Shown here: positions 17,869 through 26,769 of the stretch, piece by piece
Layout of the letters: the number at the start of each line of letters is the position of its first letter
Position numbering within the stretch: position 1 is the first letter of the stretch
Source of the DNA: Patescibacteria group bacterium
Lineage (GTDB): Bacteria; Patescibacteriota; UBA1384; XYA2-FULL-43-10; 1-14-0-10-43-13
Assembly (NCBI GenBank): GCA_038078835.1
Contig: JBBTQI010000004.1
Span: forward strand, 3,352 to 67,351
Length of the DNA: 64,000 bases
Reading direction: 5' to 3'
Program-made: the position numbers and the translations under genes
The notes under the pieces: model-generated
What the model was told of the DNA's origin: nothing
Seen by the model: the letters and a program-made list of their open reading frames with translations, nothing else
The model's database searches: none

Positions 17869-18432
17869 TTAGCGTCGGATGGTGATGTCGGCCAAAGCAG
17901 TTACAAAGTTGCCGGCGATGTTTTCAAAGGCAATAGTGTCGTTTCTGGCATCAAGGCGGATCTGAAAATCCTGATCGCGGAGGATTCGAGTGCCAAGCCG
18001 GCGATAGAAGTTGTCGCCAACTCTGGCAACGACCGTAACGCCGCCCCGGAATCCATCCTGGCGCTGGCGAATAAGCATATGATCACTGGTGCGATCCGCA
18101 TTTACAATGATCAGCCGGCGCACTGCCAATTGGTCTGTTCCCGGAATATGGAAGCGGTCAAACATTCTGTCGCGGTTCATCTGTTGGAGCCGGCTATCGC
18201 TGATAGTATCGCCCAGCAGGATAATGTCGGGTTCACGACCCTCGCTTTGCCAATTAAAGCGGAGTGTTCCTTGAGTTGCGGTCCGACCGAAAAAGTCACC
18301 ATTATCAAATTGCCCCCTCTCTAAAAGATTATCTTCATATTGAGCCTTGGCATCAGCCGGGTTGATTGCGCCAAGAAGGGCGAGAGTCAACACTACGACG
18401 CTGGCTCGAGCAATTAATTTTTTAATATTCAT
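17869..18432 (-). CDS. secreted hypothetical protein (signal peptide)
   Basis: MNIKKLIARASVVVLTLALLGAINPADA signal peptide; RBS GAGGAG upstream. Confidence 0.5.
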   Translation of the reverse strand: MNIKKLIARASVVVLTLALLGAINPADAKAQYEDNLLERGQFDNGDFFGRTATQGTLRFNWQSEGREPDIILLGDTISDSRLQQMNRDRMFDRFHIPGTDQLAVRRLIIVNADRTSDHMLIRQRQDGFRGGVTVVARVGDNFYRRLGTRILRDQDFQIRLDARNDTIAFENIAGNFVTALADITIRR

Positions 18433-18517
18433 CTTATCTCCTCAAGCTATGATTTTATCCGGCATCACCTCAGGGGGTTTTGTTTGCCCCCGAGGTGATT
18501 TAGCCGGCCTTTTAGTC

Positions 18518-18982
18518 TTACCAGACGCGAACGGAGACATCTCCGGTTATCAGGTCGCCGGCAATGGTATTGCCGTGAACCCTGTTCTTGCCGGTGTTGG
18601 CGCGAATATCGACATCGTTATCTATATCAATGCGATTATCGATATCAACTCGCTTGCGGTAATCTAAATCCAGGCGGTTGTGGCCGTACTCGTAATCTTT
18701 GCCGTGTTTGTAATCCTTGTCATGGTCTTTGCGATACTTCTTATCGTAATCGAAATCTTTGGCATACTTTTTGCTGTGATCGTACTTTTTATAATCGTAA
18801 TCTTTACGGTATTTCTTGTCGTAATCGTGTTTCTTGTATTTAGGGGCGTAAGAAACCTTCTTGTAATCACGGTGGTCCTTGGACTTGGAATAGCTGGCTT
18901 CGGCCTCGCTGACGCCCAAAAGTGCGACACTCACCACCAACCCCAAGGCAACAATTGACATCTTTTTTAATACGTTTGACAT
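18518..18982 (-). CDS. secreted Lys/Asp/Tyr-rich repeat protein (KDYDYKKY-type repeats) with C-terminal motif ..NTGKNRVHGNTIAGDLITGDVSVRVW
   Basis: Signal peptide MSNVLKKMSIVALGLVVSVALLGVSEA; RBS AGGAGGTGAG upstream; the repeat DNA produces long ORFs in several frames. Confidence 0.5.
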   Translation of the reverse strand: MSNVLKKMSIVALGLVVSVALLGVSEAEASYSKSKDHRDYKKVSYAPKYKKHDYDKKYRKDYDYKKYDHSKKYAKDFDYDKKYRKDHDKDYKHGKDYEYGHNRLDLDYRKRVDIDNRIDIDNDVDIRANTGKNRVHGNTIAGDLITGDVSVRVW

Positions 18983-19236
18983 TTATCTCACCTCCTTCTT
19001 TCTTGTACTTAATTTAAGTTTGGCAGAAAGAAGTCGGCTTGGAAGGGCGGCCGGGGCGAGGTGATTAATGCAGGCGCAAGCCAGATCGAATTTGCTTTCA
19101 AAAAGGGCGGGTGCAGGAGAGAACTATTCGGCCAGAAGAATCTAGACCCGTTTTTACTAATTGAATCGATAATATGGCGGACGATTTTTCTTTTTCGGCC
19201 AACAAAAAAAGACCGACTGCGGCCCATTCTTTAACT

Positions 19237-19310
19237 TGGCTGCCAGGGAAGGATTCGAACCTTCGTAAACGGATCCAGAGTCCGTTGTCCTGCCACTAGA
19301 CGACCTGGCA
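19237..19310 (-). tRNA. tRNA-Gln (anticodon CUG), U1-A72, encoded CCA
   Basis: Reverse complement TGCCAGGTCGTCTAGTGGCAGGACAACGGACTCTGGATCCGTTTACGAAGGTTCGAATCCTTCCCTGGCAGCCA folds as a cloverleaf. Confidence 0.8.
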
Positions 19311-19490
19311 ATAATTGGGGCGGGGTGACTTGATGCGACTATAATAGTATCATTAATAGTATCATTTTTCGCCCGATCAGACAAGATCAATGAGGGTCAA
19401 TGAGGGTCAGGGTGGAAATATGGATATTATCTCGAGCTGACAGGGGGTGCCAATGCTGCTACTATATTGATAGTCAACAAAGGAGGCAAG

Positions 19491-19997
19491 ATGGACAAAA
19501 CGGTACTTATGGTTATCGCCAACCAGGACTTTCAGGACACGGAATTTAGTGTGCCCCGGTCAATTTTAGCTGAACATGGCATCGGCATTAGGATCGCGGC
19601 GGCCGTGCCGGGGAATTGTCTCGGCATCAAGGGGACACAGGTGACAACAGATACAACTTTTGACGAGGTTAATGTGGGTGATTATGACGCGATTCTCTAT
19701 GTGGGCGGCGTCGGAGTTGAATCGTATTTTACGAACGAACAAGCTCTAGGGCTGGCGCGGGATTTTCTAGCCGCCGGAAAGCTTGTTTGCGCCATCTGCT
19801 GGGCGCCGGTTATTCTGGCCCGGGCCGGCTTGCTTGAGAGCAAGCGGGTGACAGCCTGGCCGGGGGCAAAGAATGATGTTGAGCGAGCCGGCGCGACCTA
19901 TACCGGCAATCCGGTGACCGTTGACGGTTTAATCGTGACGGCCAACGGGCCGGAGGCGGCCGAGAACTTTACCGAGGTAATTATCGGTTTGCTGTAG
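19491..19997 (+). CDS. DJ-1/PfpI-family protein (class I glutamine amidotransferase-like fold)
   Basis: ..VLMVIANQDFQDTEF.....AICWAPVILARAGLL.. with conserved Cys nucleophile elbow; RBS AAGGAGG upstream. Confidence 0.8.
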   Translation: MDKTVLMVIANQDFQDTEFSVPRSILAEHGIGIRIAAAVPGNCLGIKGTQVTTDTTFDEVNVGDYDAILYVGGVGVESYFTNEQALGLARDFLAAGKLVCAICWAPVILARAGLLESKRVTAWPGAKNDVERAGATYTGNPVTVDGLIVTANGPEAAENFTEVIIGLL

Positions 19998-20077
19998 GTT
20001 GTATTATGCAAGTGTGTATCGAGTAGGTGGGTTGTCTAAATTGGGATTTTTTGCTATCATAATCTTTGTATTAATAT

Positions 20078-20154
20078 GCCGCGTTCGTCTAGTGGTCCAG
20101 GACGCCGCCCTCTCACGGCGGAAATCATGGGTTCGACTCCCATACGCGGTACCA
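20078..20154 (+). tRNA. tRNA-Glu (anticodon CUC), encoded CCA; G1-U72 wobble
   Basis: GCCGCGTTCGTCTAGTGGTCCAGGACGCCGCCCTCTCACGGCGGAAATCATGGGTTCGACTCCCATACGCGGTACCA folds as a cloverleaf. Confidence 0.75.
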
Positions 20155-20200
20155 TCCCACGTTGCTCCACCGCGCCTTAATTTCATGTAAATGTAAAATT

Positions 20201-20503
20201 ATGAGCCAAGAAGAAATTATTTCAAAAGTTAAACAAGCAATTGAGACAGATCCGGATAAGGACTATATCCAGAGCGTTAGTCTTTTCGGTTCTTTTTTGC
20301 ATGGCAATACCAAATCTGATAGTGATGTCGACCTCTTTTTTGAGCAGCGCAAAGCCATGGGGTACTTCAAGCTTTTTGATATCCAACAGCGCTTAAAAGA
20401 AAAACTGGGCTGTGAAGTCGACTTAGTTCCTAAGGATTCACTCGATAAATATATCAGAGATGAAATAATTGCCGAAGGCAAGAAAATTTACGAACATGAA
20501 TAG
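20201..20503 (+). CDS. mntA: MntA-type minimal nucleotidyltransferase (Pol-beta superfamily) antitoxin
   Basis: ..VSLFGSFLHGNTKSDSDVDLFF.. is the GS...D.D nucleotidyltransferase motif; ATG at 20201. Confidence 0.7.
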   Translation: MSQEEIISKVKQAIETDPDKDYIQSVSLFGSFLHGNTKSDSDVDLFFEQRKAMGYFKLFDIQQRLKEKLGCEVDLVPKDSLDKYIRDEIIAEGKKIYEHE

Positions 20504-20831
20504 AGATAAATTACACTTGCTTCATATCAGAGATGATTTAGCCAAAATTGAGGAATACTCAAAGAGTTTAGACTGTACTAAATTTGCCGAGCGCGATCGA
20601 GAATTTGACGCTATCATGATGAGAGTAATAAAAATCGGCGAAGAAGTTAATTCCTTAAGTGAAGAACTCAAGGAAAAATATCGTGACTTGCCTTGGCATA
20701 AAGCCGTTGGTTTTAAGAACCAGGTTGCTCATGGTTATTTAGATATCAAACCAAGCCTTGCCTGGGAAACGATCACAAAGGATTTGCCTATTCTCAAGAA
20801 AGACATTGAGAATATTCTCAAGCAATATTAA
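20496..20831 (+). CDS. hepT: HepT/DUF86 HEPN-domain toxin (R-x4-6-H motif: FKNQVAHGY); start overlaps mntA stop (ATGAATAG)
   Basis: DUF86-like sequence with RxxxxH HEPN motif; 8 nt overlap with the upstream gene, typical of TA operons. Confidence 0.7.
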   Translation: MNRDKLHLLHIRDDLAKIEEYSKSLDCTKFAERDREFDAIMMRVIKIGEEVNSLSEELKEKYRDLPWHKAVGFKNQVAHGYLDIKPSLAWETITKDLPILKKDIENILKQY

Positions 20832-20907
20832 AGCTTTTTCTGATAGTATACTTGCCGTTTCTTGAATAGTTTCTCCAAGCACTTATTTTTGTGTTATTTG
20901 ATGTTTA

Positions 20908-21835
20908 CTATTGTACGGCGCGGGCGGCGTTGACGAGACCGGCGCCAAAGTTAGCATCCGGGCCGGGTTGTCCCAGGTCACTAGCTGAGGATTTCAGTTT
21001 ATTTTTGACCTCGGCGGCATCCCAGCGGCCATTGCCGTTATCGTCACTGCCGCCAACGGGGCGGGAGATAACCAGCGCGGCGACAACAGTGGCGCCGGCG
21101 TTATTGGCTCTGATGATGGCATCGCGGAAGGACTGGACCGGTGTGGGCGAGCCCAAGCTCAAGTTAATAACCTGCATCCTGTTGGCGACGGCCCAGTCAA
21201 TGCTGTCAATTAAATCGGAAAGATTGCCGGAACCGTTGCTGCCCCGGGCTTAGAGCGTTGTAGCCGCCCTTGATGTTGGCACTCAGGTCGGGGTGGCGCA
21301 GGTCAATACCGGTATCAATCACGGCGACTCTGACCGATTCGCCCGAGGTGGTGTTCCAGGCGGAGTTAGCGCCAATTTTGCTCACACCCCAGGGGACATT
21401 CTCATTGCCGGGCTGGGGTGTCGGGGTTGGTTGGGGCTCTGGTGTCGGCTCTGGAGTCGGATTGGGTTGAGGATAGGGTGACGGCCAAGGCCAGCGCCGA
21501 TGGCGGAGACTTTCGGCATTATCAGTTTCGAATGTCTTGATGACAATATCGTCATCCAGGCGCAGCACCTCCGGTTTTTGGGCCAGTTGGCGCTCGGTGT
21601 GACGATTGGCATAGACCGTTTTGCTGCGGCGGTGCCTCATATTCCTGATCTTTCGGGCTCCGGCCTGACTCAGGATTTCATCCTGAGCTTTTTCGTCGAG
21701 TGAGTTTTCCCGAAAGACTACTATCTTGCGTCGAGGCATCTCTTCCTCTGCTTGGGCCGCCAGAGGCAGGGCGCCAAGAATCATCGTAATCAAAAGAAGG
21801 AGGGAGAGGGCCAGTCGAGATTTGCTGTAGCTCAT
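20908..21835 (-). pseudogene. degraded subtilisin-like (S8) serine peptidase: signal peptide, Pro/Thr linker, Asp box (VAVIDTGID) retained; a frameshift near 21245 removes the His-box region and the Gly-Thr-Ser-Met-Ala catalytic Ser region is absent
   Basis: Two ORF fragments (21206..21835 and ~20908..21240) in different frames; ..GSNGSGNLSDLIDSIDWAVAN.. and ..NLSLGSP.. (oxyanion Asn) are present but the His and Ser motifs are missing. Confidence 0.55.
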
Positions 21836-21988
21836 ACTTCTCCAAGACTAATAATAGACTGTTCCCTCCGGTATCTCCGGCGATAATATCGCCATCGATC
21901 TTTGTGCAAATCACAATCGAGATTACAGCGAGGCTCAGCCCTTGTCAATGGAGTCTGGGATTGAGGACCTTAGACGCGAGAGTAGTAT

Positions 21989-22034
21989 TGAAAATAATAA
22001 AAAATATGTTCCAATTAGGCACAAGGAACATATT
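21989..22034 (-). terminator. intrinsic terminator for the minus-strand HK-RR operon (AATATGTTCC/GGAACATATT 10 bp stem + T-rich tract on the minus strand)
   Basis: Perfect 10 bp inverted repeat immediately downstream of the 22045 stop, followed on the minus strand by TTTTTATTATTTT. Confidence 0.5.
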
Positions 22035-22044
22035 TCTCTTGGGA

Positions 22045-22425
22045 TTAGGCTGGCCGGGTCGTTTGAGAGAAGATCTGGTTGGTCTTTTCAGCAATCCTTT
22101 CCGGGGTATTGTCCACTTTAACAAAGTAATCCCTAGCACCCAGAGAAGTCGCTTTGTCGGCCGAAGCCTCTTTGGGTAAATTTGTGAGCAGAATAACGGG
22201 GATATTTTGTGTTTCCTTGTTTTCCTTAAGCTTTTTTAAAACATCGAGACCATTAAGATGAGGCATAATAATGTCGAGATAGATAAGGTCGGGTTTTTCT
22301 TTCCTGGCTGTCTCGATGCCGCTCTCGCCGTCTTTGGCCGTCACAACCTGATATTTATCGGTGAGGGTGGCGGAGTACATCTTGAGGATGGGTTCTTCGT
22401 CATCGATGATAAGGATTTTTTTCAT
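22045..22425 (-). CDS. single-domain response regulator (CheY-like receiver)
   Basis: MKKILIIDDEEPILKMY...PDLIYLDIIMP..NGLDVLKKLK.. with phospho-accepting Asp. Confidence 0.8.
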   Translation of the reverse strand: MKKILIIDDEEPILKMYSATLTDKYQVVTAKDGESGIETARKEKPDLIYLDIIMPHLNGLDVLKKLKENKETQNIPVILLTNLPKEASADKATSLGARDYFVKVDNTPERIAEKTNQIFSQTTRPA

Positions 22426-22446
22426 CTTTCTCTCTCTATTTACTTT

Positions 22447-23730
22447 TTACTTTAGCGGAATTGAAATGATGAAGGTTGTGCCCTTGCCGACGACACTCTT
22501 TATCTCAAAGGCGCCGCCGTGCCTTTCGGTAATGGTTTTGGCAATAAACACACCCAGGCCGGTGCCATGGTTGTCAAGATCAATGGCGCTTTGTGAGCGG
22601 TAAAACTTATCGCCGACGTGTGGCTTATCTTCATCTGAGATGCCAATGCCTGTGTCGGCAATCTTGAAAACAGCATTTTCTTTAATGCTCTCAAAGCTGA
22701 CTGAAACACTGCCCTTGGGAGTGTATTTTAGGGCATTGTCAATCAGGTTTGATAGGGCCTGAAAGAGCTTGTCTTCATCAGCGTAGGCTAGGGCATTGCT
22801 GGCAACTTCGGAAAAAGCAAGTTTGAGGCCACGCTTATCGGCAGTATGAGCATAGATATGGTCAAGATTCTTAAACAGTTCAGCCACACTGATATCATTC
22901 TTCTCGAGCTTGATACTCTCTTGTTCGATGCGGGAAATTGAAAGCATATTGCCGGTAAGATTGATCATCTTAGAGACAGCGGCCTCAATTTCTCGCATAT
23001 AATTCTCCTGCTTTGGGGAGATTTTGCCGACTTTGCCCGAGAGAAAGAGAGAAACAAAGCCATTGATGATTGATAAGGGGGTGTTAAGTTGATGGGATGT
23101 TAGCGCAATAAACTCTTTATCTCGCCGGACAAGCTCATTTTCATAGGTAACATCTCGAATAATGGCCAGCGCCTTTTTGCCCTCACGGTCACTGCTGACC
23201 AGAGTTGAGCTTGCCTCAATGTCGATTAGATTGCCCTGTTTTGTTATTAACGAGTTCTTGACATAGGGTTGCTTTTTGAGGTTGGCGGGTAGAAACATAA
23301 TATCAGGCAAGAGACTGTTTTCGGAGTCGCCTTTAAATTTCAGAACGTCTTTGACCGGCTTATTTAAAACCTCATCAGTCTCGAAGCCGGAGATGCGCTC
23401 GAGTCCGGGAGAAAAGCTGATAATTTTTTGAAATTCATCAAGAATGATAATACCGTCAGCCGAATGTTCATAAATTAAGTCAAAAGTTTTTTGACGGCTG
23501 GCAAGCTCCCGTTGCTGGGAGGCAATGGCCCGATTTTTTTCCTGTGTTTCCAGATAGAGGCGGTTGCTCCTCAAATACCAAAACCCGCCGGCAATAATAC
23601 CGGCCGCCGCGAGATACCTCAACATACTTTCGGCTATATACCAGGGAAAGAAATAAATGGTGATAAAGGTGGCAATAATAATGAGCGACCAGGTTAGGAT
23701 CTCTAGCGGAGTACCTTGTTGCTTAATCAT
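22447..23730 (-). CDS. sensor histidine kinase (N-terminal TM, PAS domain, HisKA, HATPase_c)
   Basis: ..LTSHQLNTPLSII.. (H box) and ..ADTGIGIS....GTGLGVFIAKTITERHGG.. (G boxes). Confidence 0.8.
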   Translation of the reverse strand: MIKQQGTPLEILTWSLIIIATFITIYFFPWYIAESMLRYLAAAGIIAGGFWYLRSNRLYLETQEKNRAIASQQRELASRQKTFDLIYEHSADGIIILDEFQKIISFSPGLERISGFETDEVLNKPVKDVLKFKGDSENSLLPDIMFLPANLKKQPYVKNSLITKQGNLIDIEASSTLVSSDREGKKALAIIRDVTYENELVRRDKEFIALTSHQLNTPLSIINGFVSLFLSGKVGKISPKQENYMREIEAAVSKMINLTGNMLSISRIEQESIKLEKNDISVAELFKNLDHIYAHTADKRGLKLAFSEVASNALAYADEDKLFQALSNLIDNALKYTPKGSVSVSFESIKENAVFKIADTGIGISDEDKPHVGDKFYRSQSAIDLDNHGTGLGVFIAKTITERHGGAFEIKSVVGKGTTFIISIPLK

Positions 23731-23833
23731 ACGATCCCCTCAGTTAGTTTTAATTTTACAAACTAATTATACGCGATTTGGCCTGATTGGTGCAAACCTG
23801 ATATAATGGTGGGAGTAAAACCGGGGGCAAGAA

Positions 23834-24787
23834 ATGAAGAGGGGCTCGGCCATCATAATCTCTATTTTTTTGATCAGCGCTGCCACCAGTGTTATCTTTG
23901 GTGTCGGCCGCTTGATGTTTCAGGAAATTTCGACAGTGCCAATCTACGAAAAGGGTATAGCCGCTTATTATGCCGCCGAATCGGGGATAGAGGAGGGTTT
24001 TCTGCGCTATCGTTATAATAACGAAAACGAGGTGCCGATACAAGAGTGGAGTTTGGCAGAGTCGTCTCGAGTTTATCGAAGCAATATCAGTACCGGTGTT
24101 GTTGAGACCGGTGTTAATCTTGGCGGTATCAACCGGACCGTCAATCTTTCGAACAACAGAGATCAAATTTACGACCTCAGGATGGGCTCACAATCCGAGA
24201 GTTATGGTACCCTCACTGATCTTGGAGCGGGCTCCGATTCGCCTTACTATTTACCTCGAGATGAAGCGCGGAAGTTTAAAATACTTTTTCCCGCTCGTGA
24301 CATCGATCTTGCCTTTAGGCCAAGAGGCAATACCGGCGGCGGTGCGGCAACATTAAGAAATCAGAATTGTGTTCTTTTGGAGGCAAAGTTGGTTGGCCGG
24401 TTGACTCTGGCTGACTCACTCGAGGAACATAAGGCAATTTTTGGCAACAACACCTGTGATTACACCGGCTTGCTTGCCGCTGGTACTTATAAAACATATG
24501 ATCTTCAGGTTAGCGGCAATGCTGTCATCGATAACATGAGGGCTCAAATTTGGAACTCGGGTGATTTGGCGGAAGCCGAACTGATCCTAAAGCCAATCGG
24601 AGCCGATATCGGTTTTACCTTTGCCGACTCGGTTGACCCCGCCCGCTATCCCCTTTACGGTCCCTATTCAATCATCCAATCATATGGTTATTACGGCGGG
24701 GTGAGCCGACGCCTTGAAGCAAAGGTTGACCGGCAGTCGGGAACACTGTATGATTTATTTGATTATGTTGTCTATCAAAAGGAATAG
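23834..24787 (+). CDS. hypothetical protein with a single N-terminal hydrophobic anchor; possibly a non-canonical minor (pseudo)pilin-like protein
   Basis: MKRGSAIIISIFLISAATSVIFGVG... followed by a Gly/Thr/Asn-rich soluble domain; located beside the pilus and TCS genes. Confidence 0.35.
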   Translation: MKRGSAIIISIFLISAATSVIFGVGRLMFQEISTVPIYEKGIAAYYAAESGIEEGFLRYRYNNENEVPIQEWSLAESSRVYRSNISTGVVETGVNLGGINRTVNLSNNRDQIYDLRMGSQSESYGTLTDLGAGSDSPYYLPRDEARKFKILFPARDIDLAFRPRGNTGGGAATLRNQNCVLLEAKLVGRLTLADSLEEHKAIFGNNTCDYTGLLAAGTYKTYDLQVSGNAVIDNMRAQIWNSGDLAEAELILKPIGADIGFTFADSVDPARYPLYGPYSIIQSYGYYGGVSRRLEAKVDRQSGTLYDLFDYVVYQKE

Positions 24788-24835
24788 CGGACTAATTGGC
24801 TGTTCAATGGATAATTTAAAAGCAAGGAGGCGTTT

Positions 24836-25222
24836 ATGGCAAGTCCAGCGAAGATCTTAATCGTCGATGACGATATGATTTTGCGTGAAATGTATGAAGC
24901 GCGGCTCAAAGAGGAGGGTTACGAGATAAGTGTTGCCTCTGACGGCGAAGAGGCAATACAAAAAGTGGAGAAGGAACAGCCCGATCTCATCATTCTCGAT
25001 ATCATGATGCCCAAGATAAACGGTATCGATGTGATGAGAAAAATTCGCAGCAACGACGCGATTGCGAACATTCCGATTATTCTACTCACGGCGCTGGTTC
25101 GGGAAATCGATAAAGTCAAGGAGATGATGAAGGAGTACGACTCCTATCTTATCAAGAGTGATATTATGCCCGGCGAGGTTGTCGAAAAGATCAAGGCCGC
25201 TCTTGAAAAAACGCAGTCCTAA
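24836..25222 (+). CDS. single-domain response regulator (CheY-like receiver)
   Basis: KILIVDDDMILREMY...PDLIILDIMMPKINGIDVMRKIR.. Confidence 0.8.
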   Translation: MASPAKILIVDDDMILREMYEARLKEEGYEISVASDGEEAIQKVEKEQPDLIILDIMMPKINGIDVMRKIRSNDAIANIPIILLTALVREIDKVKEMMKEYDSYLIKSDIMPGEVVEKIKAALEKTQS

Positions 25223-25247
25223 CTCTACTCCGGCGATGTTTTCCAAA

Positions 25248-25280
25248 TAAAAAAACCGCCGGTTTATGAGGCGGTTTTTT
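25248..25280. terminator. bidirectional intrinsic terminator between convergent genes (AAAAAACCGCC...GGCGGTTTTTT)
   Basis: GC stem CCGCC/GGCGG flanked by an A-tract and a T-tract. Confidence 0.55.
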
Positions 25281-25530
25281 ATTTGTAATCGCTAAAGGGG
25301 TTGTCACGGCCATATCCATCAGAGTCTTTGGGCTTTTCGGGTAAGCCTCGTTCTTTGATAAGGCGCTCGTAAACGTTTCTCTTTACTTTGAGTGTCGGAG
25401 CAGAAGTTACGGATACCTCTTTGTTTACTTTGGGTTTTAAAAAATAAAAGTAACTAAAAACGCCGGCACTGATTAAGATGCAGATAAAGGCTATCGTTAG
25501 AGTAAGGCTGATTTTCTTTTCACTTTGCAT
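25279..25530 (-). CDS. small single-pass membrane protein at the distal end of the pil operon (function unknown)
   Basis: 83 aa ORF with TM segment LTLTIAFICILISAGVFSYFYFL; overlaps the pilO stop. Confidence 0.4.
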   Translation of the reverse strand: MQSEKKISLTLTIAFICILISAGVFSYFYFLKPKVNKEVSVTSAPTLKVKRNVYERLIKERGLPEKPKDSDGYGRDNPFSDYK

Positions 25531-26137
25531 AAAATTGTCCGTTAATTTTAAGACTTAGACCGTCTGTATTTGAGCTTCGGCCGATAGTGAGAGTGTCGAG
25601 GGAGTTAAAACGAGGGAAATTCTCCAGGTCGAGCATAATTTGCGTTAAGGTGTTGTAGCTGGCTGAGGTATCAAAGGAGAATTTCGTTCCGGCCTCGGTT
25701 TTAGCTTGGGTTTTTGGGGTTGCGGCATCACTATTTTTACCGGTTCCCTCCTCCTCTTTTGTTTCAGTACCCGTTGATTTGGTTTCCTTAACGATTGACT
25801 CGGTAATGGAGAGGCTATTTAAAATAACCCCGTTCTTTTGGGCCATTGCCTCAAGTTGGACAATAAAGTCGCTCACATTATCCTGGTCGGGCCACATCTT
25901 ATCAACCCTGTCAATCATCTCTTGGGTGGTATTCCAGTTTTTCTTTGTGTTCTCCAGAATGGCCAGTTTATCTTTGTGCTGGTTCAAGTTATATTGTTTT
26001 TCGTTGAGGGTGTTTTGGCGGGCGTTAAAGGTCTTAATCTGGGGCAGGAGACCAAACCAGATAACCATCCCGGCCAGACCAAAAGAGAGGAGTAGCTTAA
26101 CAAATATTTTTTCCATAAAAGCGGTACTTGAATTCAT
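25520..26137 (-). CDS. pilO: type IV pilus assembly protein PilO-like
   Basis: N-terminal TM + coiled coil + C-terminal domain; immediately downstream of pilN with a 4 nt overlap. Confidence 0.55.
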   Translation of the reverse strand: MNSSTAFMEKIFVKLLLSFGLAGMVIWFGLLPQIKTFNARQNTLNEKQYNLNQHKDKLAILENTKKNWNTTQEMIDRVDKMWPDQDNVSDFIVQLEAMAQKNGVILNSLSITESIVKETKSTGTETKEEEGTGKNSDAATPKTQAKTEAGTKFSFDTSASYNTLTQIMLDLENFPRFNSLDTLTIGRSSNTDGLSLKINGQFYAK

Positions 26138-26691
26138 TGAACTTTCTCCAATTGGGCGGTTAGGGAGAAGGTGTAGTTGCCGCCCTGTTCGCTATACGAA
26201 GAGGTTGTGAATCGGACGGATTTAAAATAATCGGAATTCTCAAGTTTGTCCTTGAATTTAGCGATCTCTTGGCGGCTTTCCGCTTTACCGGTGATGCTTA
26301 CCGCCTGTTGCTCGCCGGTGAAACTGACACTTTCGATTACAAGTTGCTTGGGGGTGGAGTAGGCGAGCTGGGCCATGATTGTGCTCCAGTAGACCTTTTT
26401 CTTGTTAACGGCATCTACCTTGTCAAGCTTGGCATTAAGGTCGTTAATGGCTTTTTCGACATCACTCAGGGCAATAATTCTTTTTTCGGTTTCACTCGTT
26501 TCCTCCTCAATGCGTTTTACCTGAGCTTTTTTTGTATTGTTAAAACCGTAGAGGGAGAGAGCGCCTAAGCCAATCAAGAAGGCCAGGACAACAACACCGC
26601 CGCAAAAACTGCCGACGATTCTCTTGGTCTTGTTTTGTCTCTTTAGTTCCGGAGGAATAAGATTGATCGCCATTTGAATTCTTCCTGACAT
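26134..26691 (-). CDS. pilN: type IV pilus assembly protein PilN (INLIPPE motif)
   Basis: MAINLIPPELKRQ.. followed by a TM helix and a coiled-coil region, typical of PilN. Confidence 0.65.
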   Translation of the reverse strand: MSGRIQMAINLIPPELKRQNKTKRIVGSFCGGVVVLAFLIGLGALSLYGFNNTKKAQVKRIEEETSETEKRIIALSDVEKAINDLNAKLDKVDAVNKKKVYWSTIMAQLAYSTPKQLVIESVSFTGEQQAVSITGKAESRQEIAKFKDKLENSDYFKSVRFTTSSYSEQGGNYTFSLTAQLEKVQ

Positions 26692-26769
26692 TCTACGTTG
26701 TTGGTTTTGTTAGCGTTGATACCATCTGGCTGTGGCACAGTATCGGTGCCGGTACGAGAGGCAGCGGCA

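Noticed and set aside
19157-19390. 77-aa minus-strand ORF
   Set aside because: Completely overlaps tRNA-Gln (19237..19310); it is an artefact of the tRNA sequence.
19999-20190. Two overlapping ORFs (plus and minus strands)
   Set aside because: They lie over tRNA-Glu (20078..20154); non-coding.
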